Below are positions 1 to 14,105 of a DNA stretch of 64,000 nucleotides, in pieces. Each line of letters begins with the position of its first letter. The first letter of the stretch is position 1. The notes beneath the pieces were generated by a model. That model had not been told where the DNA came from and made no database searches. It saw only the letters and a program-made list of their open reading frames with translations. The translations under genes were made by a program, and so were the position numbers. This stretch comes from Owenia fusiformis (Eukaryota). Location: positions 26,598,001-26,662,000 of the forward strand of contig CAIIXF020000001.1 in the NCBI GenBank assembly GCA_903813345.2, given 5' to 3'.

Positions 1-870
1 TGTATTCACGCCTTCTATAAATTGTTAACAAACTCAAAATTTCACCCGGGGCAACACAATAATGTGTGACGTCATTACGGTGGGTTGTAGTAATGGCGGA
101 CCATTGAATGAATAATCGAAAAATGTTGGTGAGTTTTCATGTTCGAATCGTAATATAGACCTCAAGCACGTGTAATATCGTCGAATACATCCCTTACGAC
201 TAGGCACAAAAGCTTTCGAACCCCTCACTTCTTTCGGTCGTACATAAAACGTTTGTGCCAAGCCATGTGGGGTATATCTGTCGATATAACACCTGCTCTT
301 CAGTCTATATTTCTTAGTTCTAATATGATATGGGACGTCAACAGTAATGTGTAACGGAGTAAAAAACCTTCACCTAGCTTTGAGTTGAATTTGAGTGAAT
401 ATGGGTAGACAAGAATAGCTGTATCTAAGAGTGCATGAAAGGATAAAAGGATCTTTATAAATGATAACAGGAATGGCTCCAATCTAACCTGAAAGGGTCA
501 TTTTCACGTATAACAGTGTCAGTGTATGTTGAATGAGTAATCACGTTGTATACTAAGAAATATGGTAACAGTTGGCCAAATGATAAAGTATGAGATGAAC
601 TGATACTGCAGGAAAAGAATGAGAAATATGACATTGATAAATGTATGGACTGGTTGTAGGAGAGATTGTTTTCTTGTCAAGGACGGAAAGATGATATATA
701 TCAAAATATGAAGACGAAATGAGGGTGGGAGAGGGGGGGGGCATGGACCTCAAGAAAAAGTCCATGGTTGGGAGTAGAATCTAGGATTAAGAAAAAAAAA
801 ATTCTAAAAACAGAAGATCAGCAATCAGAAATGACATGTGACATAACCTTGACATTCGGAGGTTACTACT

Positions 871-965
871 GTAATGACCGAAGGGCGCCCCGGGGGAGTG
901 ACTTAAGACTGATGCTCTACCAACTGAGCTAAAGGGCTAAGCCACTACAGCATAGCAACTTGCTA
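871..965 (-). mobile_element. tRNA-derived (SINE-like) repeat fragment
   Basis: Minus strand TAGCTCAGTTGGTAGAGC (A-box/D-arm) at 914-931; no T-arm; flanks shared with 18903-19053. Confidence 0.55.
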
Positions 966-1084
966 TCCACGGTCGGTACACTACCTCCGCCTATAAGTCT
1001 GAACTTTTCCAACTACTTGGAGAGACATTTGTGCCCTTTTCTTTTCAGTGATCTATTACAGAACAACATCGATAAACTTCCGAT

Positions 1085-2230
1085 AAGTATCTCATACATG
1101 TTGAAGTGAAAGCATAGGTTTGTAAGTAAAAAGTTGTTTTCAAAAGAGATACAACTTTGTATTCCATACCTAATGAGGTTTCAGGGACATATCAACCGGG
1201 AATATATTCCATATCCGGGCAAATATTTTTCGTATGTCCCGCTCCAACGGAGCTCCGGGACATATAAATCGTATGTCCCGCTCAAAAAAAATTTTTGAAA
1301 ATTTATTTTTTAAATTTTAAAAATAAATTCGGGAAAAAATGTGAAAATCAAAATTTAAAAAAAAAATTGTGAAAAAAAAATTATGTAAAAAAATTTTGGA
1401 AAAATGTTGAAAATAAATTTTTGAAAAAAAATTTGAAAAGAAATTCTGAAAAAAAATTACTAATATGCAAAAAATGTGAAAAAAATTTGAAAAAAATGTC
1501 GGAATTTTTTTTTTCATTTTTGAAAAAAATTGAAAACAAATTTGGAAAGAATTTTTTTTTGAAAATGATAACATATTTTGCAAGTAAACACACCAGAGCA
1601 TATGGGATACATGCTAGTTATTTCAAACCTCATCAGGTATGGAATACAACAGTTATGCACGGTCGGTTTGGATACAGGAAATATCCCTCGGGATATTCCC
1701 TGTATCCAAAACCTCCCAGTGCATAACCCCTATGTATCTCATACTTGAGTATGTTTGGGGTAGATGTCACCCAGGAATATATATCATATCTGAGGAGCGG
1801 GCAGGATATATTATATATGTCCCGCTCCAGGGCAAATGCGGGCATCCATCCCGCTCCCGGGAATTTTTCAAAAGTTTTAAAAATTTAAAAAAAATTAACA
1901 TTTGAAAGTTTAAAATTTGTTAAAAAGTTTAAATGTTACAATTTCATTGTATTGAACTGAAGGAATGTTACGAATTAAATATAAATTGTGCTTTTACAGT
2001 ATAGACCTATCTTGTCATTTGACAAAGGTGGAACCCCAAACCCACTTAAGTATGAGATACACCAGTTATGTACGATCGGTTTTGGATATAGGGTATATCC
2101 CTCGGGAACTATTTATATCTCCCCTTAGTCCCTTCGGTCCCTCGGGGTGATATAAATATATTCCTCAGGATATAACCTATAACCAAAACCTCCCAGTATA
2201 CAAGTATAACCCTTATATACTCGTACTATG
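1085..2230. mobile_element. Cluster of palindromic elements with GTATGAGATAC/GTATCTCATAC ends, plus an A/T-run tract (1285-1565); unclassified
   Basis: Hairpins at 1652-1727 and 2065-2211 share GTTATG.ACG.TCGGTTTTGGATA...ATATCCCTCGGGA...CCAAAACCTCCCAGT; a related fragment lies at about 22505-22600. Confidence 0.65.
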
Positions 2231-5210
2231 AAAATAGTCGCTTTGATTTTTTGGATTTAAATCTAAATAAACATACCTCTGGATAATCCCAATATTCTGA
2301 ACCTCAAATAGGATAATCTCAATCTATCTCATAGGCAATAAAGTAATGATGCTATTTGATTGATCCCTAACTCAATTTTTACTTGATGATGGAATTACTT
2401 TGTAAGCCTCCTTCCCTATTCGCAATCAAAAGGCAATGGGATATTAAGTTAGCATTACTAAGGACTGTTATTCCATTACCAAAGATCACATTGACTTTAG
2501 GTTTCTTGAGAACATTCTCCAGATAATCCGATTCACTTATGTCTCCTACAAGTACAACACTTCTTAAGTGAAGACATATTTATTTTGGTAAACAAATATC
2601 TGTAAATTAGCCGCGAAAGCACTTCAGAATATTGCCATGGTATTAAAAAAATAAAAGTGATTTTTTATGAACATTTCTTTTATTATTATCCAATTGTCAT
2701 GTTTCTCATTCTTTGATTAGTTTCTCTTACAAAATGAAAATCCTTAAAGGAAATATTACTTGTGAAAGTTGCACAGGTTCTTTTACACCCTAAATAAATA
2801 TGCCTATTATATATAGTGTATATAAAAAGACATATATCCTCACCCTCATTCTGAATAGGTGGTATAGTAACTAGTATAATATTTCCTGCACTTCATAATT
2901 AATATCTATTTTCCTTTGTCAGAGAATGAAAAGCACGATACTATATATGCAATGGATTATATATGCTTAATGGATTATATATGCAATGGATTATATACAT
3001 CTTTCTACAGAAAGACCACTTTTACAATAGTGTTAATATTTTGTTTTTGGTCTAGCCGTATTCATCGTGGTCTTTTTCTAAACCGATTCAGGTTGATATT
3101 GGTCGAATCATCGGGGTGCTATGCAAAATTATTTGATGGATCTAAGAGCGAATCTAAAATAAAACCCTTTCTATCGCACCGTACACAAATAAACAAGTTG
3201 AAAGGCAAGCCACCTGTTATTATGAACAACACAACTTGATCTTGGAAGCATTCGGCAGTACACCCACCGCCGGTTTAGATCCACCTTCATGACACAGATA
3301 GTCGGGTGTACGTCTTGATTTGTCGTCAGTAGGGAGTTTAAGCTTAAACTCCCTATTGACACCCAAACAACCTTAAACGAATCAGAACGTCAGAATATTT
3401 CATGGCATGACTCCGAAATGTGAAGAATCCATAGCACAATAGCCCAACAACATCAAAAATTTTAGGAGGGGAGTATGGCTTTGGGTCGAAATATGTTTAT
3501 CATCACAAGGGGTCGAAAAACGTTTATTAAACATTTTCATTCGAATATTTATGCATTTTATAAGACACAAACGGTGAATCTAATTTGGACTACCATAATG
3601 TAAAAATTTATTCTAATGTAAATGTCAGCCTTTGATTAGGCTAATTACACTAGTACGGTTTTCTTCCTTTGTTTAATTTTTCAAATACGGGCCAAGCAGA
3701 TTCAACAAAATTACCATGATTGTGAGCGAACATATTTCGTGTTTTACTATTTAAAACATTTAATTACTATATTAAATCTCTGTCATCGCCAGGGGTCAAA
3801 CAAAAAAGTATTGTTTATGTATATAGGTAGGTATGCTACCAGCATATGAGATGTCCCAGGAATGTCATAACATGGACTAGTATACACATACCATCGCCGA
3901 ACCTTCGCTTCCGTGTGTCATGTGTACCATTCTACTGTGTCACAAGCGGATCAAGGAGGATGCGTTAAATTTAATCAAAGAGGTTTCGGAAATGACATTC
4001 TCCTAACACAGGCCTCCATAACTCGTACCTCGTTCTTCTTTGGAAGAAGGAAGGAACTTAGTGGATGATGTCTGGAACTCTGCGTTCGGAGGATGCGGAA
4101 ATGACCACCATCGGGATTAAATGTCAAGAATTAAAAAACTGGCTCAATAATCTTCGTAAACTAGCTTGAGATATTGTATTCCGACCGTTTGTTATATTCA
4201 GTCAGAGACATATAAAACAATTCAGTTGAACAAGTTGACGTCAAATGGTTTTGCGTAGTAAACAGTAAAAAGAATGAGAGCTCTGCAGGTTAAATATTCA
4301 TAAATTAAACAATTAAACACCATTGACACGCTTCATAACAATTTAGCATCGATTGGAATATCGATGAATAGTAATTCTATTTCAAATATTGACAAAATAT
4401 TGGTATTAAATATTTTCTTTTTGTTCTGAAATCATATCCTTCTTAAGTATGTGTTTTCATATTATTCTACTAATACCCAGTACCTAGTAATGTTATTTTA
4501 AAGCTATCGAAATGACAGACTTTTAGAATTAAATGTGAAAGCGAGCGCTTTATAAGATTTGGTTTGATTAATTTTGGTGTGATGACACTTTAAAATAAGA
4601 AATAAGGATATAGTGTGGTATAGACGAATAAGTGACAATTTTGTCAACCCCAAATAGCTCCGATTCTGCCCTTCAGTCCCTCACACATTCGAGACAGGTT
4701 TTTAGACCTCCTTCAAGCTAACATTAAGGCGTTCGAGTTGAATCGTCATTAAGGGTTGCATGAGGTATCTTGAGGCACGGGATGCTCTTAGAACTTCAAT
4801 TAGCGAACCGTGGTTCTTGATAAGGTCGAGTGATCAAGGAAATAGTATCCTTGGATATACAAAATATGTTATAGCATGCGATCCCATCATATGGAAAATG
4901 ACATTTTATAGTTTTAACAGAATCCGTTGAAGTTCTATCATTACAGTTCTAAAAAGAGAAACTCGAAATTCATGAACAGTGAACAGTATTACATCTTTAT
5001 TGAAAAATGTGGAAGTTATGGTGCAAAATAGGGGTTATAAAGAATACTATTGCATGGTCCTGGGACGTGGCCCATGTGAAAAAGAAATTAAAATGTTTAC
5101 TCTATTGCAAAGTCCAAGATGATATGATGCACACCGTCAAAATTATGAAATCAATGTTTGCACAAATTAAAAAATACCCATAACGATCCTCCTCCGGTGT
5201 GGAAACCATA

Positions 5211-5320
5211 GAAGAGGGAGGAGGAGCAGAAGAAGAAGAAGAAGAAGAAGAAGAAGAAGAAGAAGAAGAAGAAGAGGAGGAGCTAGGAGGAGGAAGAGAG
5301 GAGGGGAAGGAGGAAGAAAC
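5211..5320 (+). repeat. (GAA)n/(GAG)n polypurine microsatellite
   Basis: About 15 uninterrupted GAA units at 5229-5273, flanked by GAG/GGA runs. Confidence 0.95.
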
Positions 5321-8300
5321 ATTACAAAAACATTACATATTTATTTGCCCTTTTTTGATATAATGAGACAGAACAATAGTAAATGGTACTCGATATCAAG
5401 CTTGATTTTGAATTGTAGAATGGCATTCGTAAACGTAAAATCTAAACAAGTTGTAAACGCAGATCCTTGGCAATATTGCTGAGCAAAAAGCAAATTAAGG
5501 TTTGGTTGCTGCCCTACATCAATTACCCTAAGGTTAGCACGACGGACCTCATTATGATCTCACGCAATTTTCTATGATAGAAACTACAGTAAGAAACGTA
5601 TGGATCCAATAAAAGATCATGAGGATTTTGCTTATCATTTAATAAGACCGATAAAACTTGATGAATGGGAAGACCAATTATTTCAATCTTATTTTTCCAT
5701 TTTTTCGTGAAATATTGAAATTGATATTTAGAATTTATGAATTCAAGCTGTTCGTTTTATATTCTCGTACGTATTATTCAAAGCCTGGTGCTAACCTTTC
5801 CGTAAGCATTTACTAGTATCCCAACGAACTAAGTTAAAAAATTATCTTCTAATAGGATAGTTTCTAAATAGCAGAAAAATCAATGAAATCTCGTGCTGCC
5901 ATCTTTTATTCAGCTTTTAACTCTGGCTAGAGCTCCATTCACTTACATGCTAAAATCTTGGAAAAGTGGCTTAATTTCATGATTTATCAAAGTGTGTTTG
6001 TTGAATCTGTATAAAACTTGAATGATATACCACATGATGACCCTGTTTATGAACATGTTGTGATTAAACATGCTAATGTTGATTAACATACAAATAATCC
6101 ACGGTTTTAAAGAATTTTAGCATTGCATCTATGGACATTTGGCCCAACTTTTTTTAAATTGTCATAGAAAATTATTCAAATTACATAACTGTGTAAATCA
6201 AAGCTATTTTAGGAGAAAACATTCCACTGAATTCAAATATACCATTTAAAAGAAGGTAATGTAAGTCATTAGAGGTCTAATATGCAAGTCTCTTAAAATC
6301 TCACGAAAAACGAGATTTAGCGAGATTTCAAAAGCTATATGGAAACTATACTATTGGTGGTCCATAAATTCAAATTGGCCGCTCAAATGCGAGAAATTAA
6401 AGAGTCCGGAACCAACAAACATTTGGCCGATCCGGGATCCGGGATCTTTCAGTTTTCAGCTATATGCCATGTGAAATTCATAATGGTCGCCTAAATGTTT
6501 TTGAAAATTCTTTCAAATGTTTGATAACACAGATCTGAGATAATGGTGCAAGATTCTTATCTAATAATGAATTCCAAATGAGATGATGAGTTACTACCGC
6601 TACTCCAACTCTCCCTCCTATTATTGCCTTCACATAAGTAAGTAAGAAACTCAACCATGATCTACAAGGGCCGATCCAAAAGTTCTGATAAAAATGTATG
6701 ATGTGGTCGGTATAGTATGTAATTATTCGCTCCAGAAGCAGCTATAATTCATTACAAACACTTAAAATTCATAATATTTTATGATCATTTAAACCTGAAG
6801 TGTATGTAGTGTACGTAGCCTTTTCGCAATGAATTCAACAGTAGCCTAAATGCAAAATAAATGATACAACAACGGAGATCGTACCAATATGGATGGGGTG
6901 GTTGAGCTTATGGAAATAGTCCATATTTTCATTATCTTGGCACATCGGCAATGAATTCTGACGTTTTCCATTAATGATAGCGCCCGTATCTCGTCTAAAT
7001 CATTCTCAATTAGCTGTATGGTAAGAACCAGCGAGGAAATATGGATGCTATCATTTTTATAACATCTATGATTGCTTAATTCTTAGCCATGGGCTTATCT
7101 TGGCTGATGTTTCCGGATTGTTTCAATTGTAATTACGAAGTATTGACTTGGCCCTTCCTGTTGATGCGCAAAGAAATGCAGATGAGAGCTGGCTAATGGG
7201 AGGCTTTAATGGAAAGTTTAATTTAAAGAATTAATCCGACGTATTCAATCAAGTTTATCAATCACTACTATCATTAATTGCAACATCACGTATCTCCTCC
7301 AAATCGTATCATCGGTTACAAGAAGATTCAATTCATATACCCTAATTTTGGTGACTGCAATTATTGTAAATGTCAAAAGAAACAGAAACGCATACGGATA
7401 TTTTGGTTATTTCTTCAGAGGGTTCCCTTATCAGTAATGTCTCCTCCTTACTTGATTCGTTTTGTATTAAATAAATCAATGGAGACGGGTTCATACTTTA
7501 TCCTTAATGTCAGAGCGTAGTCAGTAGATAAAGCGAAAGGCCAGGCCAAATCACTTGGATATGACAAAAAATGTTCAAAGCACTGTGGAAAGGACAAAGG
7601 CCTATTAGCCTTGTTGTAAATGTCTTCTCCACGTTAGTATTTATACAGTAGCATATTTAAGATTGAGACTAGTAAGCACCATTGACGTGAGACAATAATC
7701 CTCGGGGTTCATGATTCATGGTAAACAAGTTTCTCAAATCATTTCCCTTGAATGCAAATCCGAGAACCTGGAAACACCCTACTTGAACTACTGTTGACCA
7801 ATGGAAGCCATCTTGGTCATCAACTGGAAAGTCAATCAAAGTTTGTACTTCAGGCTCGAATACGTCTATTGTCTTAAACCATTTCAAATGAGAACTTTGA
7901 TAAATATGAGTTGGAAAATACAATAGCATAGAAGCACATTATATCAGCAGTTATTCGGATTTAATCATGTTTTAGATCGTTATCGCTCTGATTTACCGAG
8001 ACGAGTCTCACACTTGAAGAAAACGAGTGGTCAATTTCGCGATATTGGCAATAAACTATATTCAATTGATACATAAAAAGCATATCGTGGATTGCGTTGT
8101 TGTTTTCTCATCTATAAAAATGTACTGTTCGTTCATGCTATTTCTGAAGAATTGAAGATTTATCTCCGATAGAAACATATATTAACATCGTGACGTTTCA
8201 ATGTTTTCGATTGTTCTTAACGGACTCACTATAACACTAAAATAAAGGCAAAACAATGACATTGAACTTACTCATCGATAACTCAAGAATACTACAATGT

Positions 8301-9986
8301 TAAACAATAGCTTACGGCAATTACATGACTGGTGAACCTCTAATTGAAGATGTCAGTCCAGTCTGGACCAGAGGCGCAGGAATGGGGCATGACATGTTTA
8401 ATAGTCGTTGCATATGAAGTATGGAAGTTGTGGATATAAGTATACTGCAATAGTTATGAATAAAGGTGAAAATAATGTACATGATGTACCCCCGGTCTGA
8501 ACTGTGTCAAAGTAAAAACAAAGGAGTTCAATAATCAATTTCTCTCGACTGGCCCGGTGGGACTTCTCTTGAATGCGTTTATAAAGGTTACATACACTCT
8601 CAGGTATGTTTAGAAATAAAGACCCTCGTTTGACATGTCATTGTGTCATTTACTATTCTCAAAATGAGCTAAATAAATGCAGGAATAGGAATTTTCAAGT
8701 AAACTTTGAAAAATCATTTTATTGGTTTAGCCATTTCATCGTAGAAAAATCCAAATTATCGTGGCATGGTGTTCCTTGACATAACTCTTCCGCTAAGTAA
8801 ATTGTTGAAAACGTAAATTGTAAAATCATATTTCCGTGATATAATCGGAAATCGATGATCACCTTAAGTCTTATCTGTAGGAATCGAGCATTGACACCTT
8901 TTCTCACTTTTAAAAAGATTGGGAATACAATGGGAGACAATCAAATTGCTTTGTATTTTTAAAATGTTTTAACAGTCAGAATTTTACCACGTTTAAAGAG
9001 AAATTTTAAAGGATAGAGAGGGTAAAATGAGGGAAGTAATATTTCATGAAAAAACATGCTAATGTTACAGTGACAATAGCAATTTCAATTTCTGATCAAA
9101 TTGGCCTACGGAAGTTATTGATGAATTAAGACACAGAAGTGCCCAATTTGCAACTTCCCTTTATCCTGTTACCATCCTTTTAGAAGACCAAGATAGAAAT
9201 GTTATCTTGTTTTCTTCATGGCATGGCTGCTTGTCATTCATTTAGTAAAATTGTCTTGCAAAATCCATATACGAGAAATGTCAATTGGATTTGTATGTCG
9301 TCGCTCTCACGTCTTCACAATAACGTTAAATATTAGTAGACATATGATTTACACAATTATCGACAAAGAGGGAGGTAATCCAAATTTATTCTGGAATCAT
9401 TCCTAAAGAGATGCACCTTTTTAATTCAGAAATACGAGTTTTCTGTAGCTCAAGATATGACCTCGAAATGTGAGCACCTCTTAATCCGAACACTTTTAGC
9501 CGGTCCCAATGGCGTTCGGATTAACAGGTTTTACTGCAGCGTAATACCTGTTAATATAGGAAAGGGTCGAGTTTAGTAAGAGGCGAACAAGGAGTTTCAG
9601 ATTTTCTAATTAATTGCCATTTTCCACTTAATTTATGATATAATTAAACCGTTGCGTGCCCAAATATCTATCACTTATTTATGACTTGGAAATACCTTAT
9701 ATAACCACATTGTAATCTCCATAAGGTCATTGGAATGCATTCGTGCACTCTTTTATGCTGGGAAAAATAAATAAAAAGTGGAGAGATTTCAAATTCTAAA
9801 TCTGAAGAAATAGAAAAATCTGCTTCGATATGAGATAATATTGGCACCTGTTATTAACTTTGAATGGCAATGAAAGCACAATTTTGAGAAAATTACAGCA
9901 ATCCTTGTATCAATGTGATAACAAAGTGATAAAATCCTTTAATATAGATTGTGCTATTGGCAGCTGTTTTACCGTACATGATTCAT

Positions 9987-12900
9987 TAGGGAGTTTAAGC
10001 TTGCATATAAAATCGCAACGCCAACCTATACGTATGACCAATCGCCCAAACAAATGCATCGCTTATATATTTTCCGTTCACGTTTAGGTTGTGAAAAACA
10101 ATAGAGAGGTTTCGCAAAACGAATTAGCTAAAACGTATCCGCATTCGTATCTCGTTACGTTTACGGATACGTATTTCGATAATTTTCGTTTCGCAGTTCG
10201 TTTTTTGAAGTACGTAATTATAAACGCATCTCAATCCGCGTTTAATAGTAGTGAAAACTAGGGTCAAATAAAAGGCTTCATCTGCACTAAGATTTCAAAA
10301 CATCATTGGGAGTGTCAGCTTTCAGAATCACAACTCCAAAAGTATTTTTGATGAGTGCAAAAATACATCTTAACCCTTTCATCCCTAAAGGTGTCATTTA
10401 TTAATTTCATGACATCAAGAACATCCTTTAGACCAGAAAAGATTATTTCTAGGTTTACAATAACCAATTCAGTGTCAAATTGTACCTTTGGGAATATTCA
10501 AAGGTTTGAAAACAGATTTAGTGGTCATTACGTGAAGTGCAGTGACTGCATAATGCCACAAAATGCGTAAACATTTCTAAAACCACTTGCCATACTGCAC
10601 ATGGACCTTTAATTTCAAGTTTTTGCAGCTGTATATTTTGGTAATAATTCAAGATCAAATAAGTAAAAAAATAGCGACTTGGGCAAGGCCAGGGCATTCG
10701 GAAACCATACGTTTTCACACAAGCCACCCCCCTTTCCTCATACATGGGCTTTAGTTGAAAACCCATGCCTCATATATATATCATTTATGCAATAAAAGTA
10801 TGTTTTGTATGAGAAATCAACAAAAAATATATTATGTAAAACGATAAATTAGCATTGTTTTTCTTGAATTCATTGAACAACAGGGGACCAGCTCATCAGA
10901 GAACGACGCGAAGCTAACGCATATCATACCAGTTGAATATCTCACCATCATAATACCCTATTTCCCCTTTGGGGTCTACACAGAATCAACTGATAAACCA
11001 ACAACATAATACCCTAAACAGGTGTGAAAGAAATGATGGTCCCCTAGGGATTATGGTCCCCTTTCTAAACGGCCCTTATTGGCCCTGATTGTGTATGCGA
11101 TAATAAGGGAAATGGTTGTATTTAGGTCACCATATAAATCAATGGAGAGTAGGACCATAATTTGAGAGGACCTCCTACCCTTTTACACCGCCCTTTGTTT
11201 CTTAACCCAATAAACACCACAACCTGATCGGACACAGCCCACATCTCGACATATATAACCTATTACAACCAAACACAATCTTAATCACCAATCATGCAAC
11301 ATTACAATAGAACATAAGGTATGAGTACCGTAATCCAACACCAAATTCGAAAATTCAGAACAATACTTTGCACATATGGCGTTCCTGATCAACTATAAAA
11401 CGCTTACCCCCAATAGTGTTATATATCGAAATGTACCTGTTCATATAGGGGTTCGATTGATCTACATCAAATTATAGGGAGTCAGGTTACTTTTTGAGAT
11501 ATCAGCGTCCATTTATTGTAACTCGCATTTGCTACCATTTCCTCAATTCTGACATGAAGGGCAAACGCGTAGTAAACATGCTCACGTCAGAACTATTTTT
11601 GACCTACATCGCTATTTTCGTAATTCAAATGAAACTGAACTCCTCCTCTTTATTTTGATACCCAATAATGGCATACTAGGTACCCTAGAAGCCAACTATG
11701 GCGTGATTTAGAACAAAACCACAAGTTTTTAAATGGACTATATAGAAATGGACTATACCTTTTGGCGGATGGATATGGAACCTCATACCATTACCCAGTG
11801 TCAAAATACGCAGAACGCAATATAGCATAACCCAGCACCAAAGCCAGCATAACGCAATCGACTTACAACCACCAAAAACACAACCAACTGTCAGATTAAC
11901 ACAATATGTCACATCCCAAATAATAAGACAACAAAGACAAACACATTCACCAATTGTTGAATTAACTCAACACAATTGTGCACAATCCAACACTAAAGAA
12001 TAAAAACACAATCAGGCACAACCAATAAAATACAACTAAACTAACAACCATGAAAACACATCGAACTGTGAAATTATCACCACACAATTTGGCACAACCC
12101 AATGGTAAACCAACAAAAGCAAACACAGCCCATTGTTCAAGTAACACAACACAATTTTTCAAAACCAAAAACCAAACAATCAAAACAAAATCAGGCACGG
12201 GCAAAAAACACATTAAAATTGTAATACCGAGATACACAACTAACTTAACCCAATTGGAGACAACGCAAATCACACAACACAATCAGACACAACACCCGAC
12301 TAGCCACAACCAGCTAGACAACCAACATAACATATTCACAAGAGAAAACAACCCATGATAAGATTAACATAACACAATGGGACACAACTCGATACTAAAT
12401 CACCAGACTAACAACCATCAAAAGAAAACCGAGTCTCAAACGTACACAACACAATTCGGCAAAACCTATACCTACTTGACACTAACCCACCATTACACAA
12501 CCAGGCTTAACAAAATACTCAATCGAGTTACATAGCCCATCAAAACACAATCAGGCACAACCAATAAACCACAACGAAACGTTGATACCGATTTACTCAA
12601 CTAAGTTATTCCAACTGGAGACAATCGCACAAAACAATCGGGGACAACCCGATATCTACTGATTTGTACTTGAATAACAACCCGTCTCCCTTCCCTATCA
12701 TCACAAGGCTGCTAATGAAGAACACATCATGGACCACTACCAAAGAGTTAGGAACATCTGGGTTCCCTACCGTGACTGTGTAAGAGAGAAGATCTGATAC
12801 AGGATCTGGATGTCAGCCCTGTCTTTACAAAAATGAAAATAGGAAATGATACGCCAATATAATCACCCTAGGATTAAAGAAATATACTCTACCTGTTATA

Positions 12901-14003
12901 TAATCACTGACGTTGGTTCGGGGAAGCTTGGGCACTCAGCTTTAGGGCACTAGTCTCCCTGGACCCCCAAACGAGGCCGCTTACTATTTGACATAGATCG
13001 CATGACTCGATGCGTGTTCAAGTCTTACCACGGGAAGAAGCTACCTGGCTAGAAATTTTCTCAAAATCATTCAGTTTTTCATCATACTGAGCACTTTTCG
13101 TGAATTTTAAGCCAAAAAGCTCCCCCTTGCCACAAGCTGGATACGGGCAAGAGTGATGCAGGGCGCCATCTTTAGAATCAATATCATATTCATTGTCGAG
13201 GTCAGGACCAAGCTACTTTACTCAAACTAAGCCCAAGACCCTACTCTATATGAATTCGCAGCGTGACTAAGGCACAAAGTAAATATTCAGGTGATAGACC
13301 TTACATCTGCCTATTAGCAAATGTGACTAAAGCTTTATTCGTAAAAATTGCAGGCCCCTAGCTCGCTTAAAATCAAATTTATTGGCAGATAAGGCTATTA
13401 CTTCATCAAAATTAGCACGAAACACATGATAACATATGTTGGTTACTAAAATTATACATTTAGGGAAAATTTTATCAAGATTTGAAGGACAAAATAGATA
13501 CGGAGACAAAACGCACAGAAAGTGTTAGTTTACGTACTTTCGGTGTTGCTGTTGGTATCATAAACGTATTGAGTACACTTTTGCTCCATCGATGCGTTAC
13601 GGATTTTGATACGTATAGCTAAAACGTTGTGCGAAACATGTACACTGTAATTATTGCAATACCATTCAATACAGTGTAAAATGAATTGAACATACCATTT
13701 GAAAAACTCGATTTATTTCAAACAATAAACAAATTCATTCACCAAATTTTAGTCAACTTATACACAGCACACTGTGCTTGTTCATATAGTGATACCTTTA
13801 GAACTAAAAACAATATAATCGAAGGGTAAAATCGGATACGTAAATGACCAACGTACAAAAGCCTCATTTTTCGTGTTTTCCGTATTGTTTCACGTATAAA
13901 TTGAACTGACTACGCATAAATCTGGTAAATAAGTTACGGATACGGATCCGTGGAGCTAAAAAACGTTTTGCGAAACCTCTCTAATGTAAGCTTAAACTCC
14001 CTA
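9987..14003. mobile_element. Two nested TIR pairs (outer 9987-14003, inner 10102-13983) enclosing about 4 kb; Harbinger/ISL2EU-like termini (class tentative)
   Basis: Outer TAGGGAGTTTAAGCTT(G/A)CAT, 19/20 inverted match; inner TAGAGAGGTTTCGCAAAACG, 20/20 inverted match; CGTATCCG-rich subtermini. Confidence 0.75.
11810..12660 (+). repeat. A/C-rich degenerate low-complexity repeat
   Basis: ACACAA-rich; AAAACACAATCAGGCACAACCAATAAA occurs at about 12003 and 12542. Confidence 0.7.
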
Positions 14004-14105
14004 TTATTCTGGAATCCCCAATTATCAAGGCTAAACATTTTTTTGATTTGAGTAAGAGAAGATTGGTTATGTTTTCCAAACTATGTAAAATTAAAGCGCC
14101 CCTAC

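Noticed and set aside
895-935. Functional tRNA gene
   Set aside because: Only the A-box/D-arm half is present; no T-arm or acceptor stem pairing.
1317-1726. Phe/Lys-rich ORFs
   Set aside because: Artefacts of A/T homopolymer runs.
6662-6690. Mariner-like terminus TACAAGGGCCGATCCAAAAGT
   Set aside because: No partner TIR or transposase found nearby; too short to support a feature.
11685-12358. Cys/Val-rich and Thr/Gln/Asn-rich ORFs
   Set aside because: Translations of A/C-skewed low-complexity repeat.
1-14000. Downstream GPCR exons (TM3-TM7)
   Set aside because: No DRY/ERY, CWxP or NPxxY coding exon recognised by eye; a short exon could have been missed, and spliced alignment would settle it.
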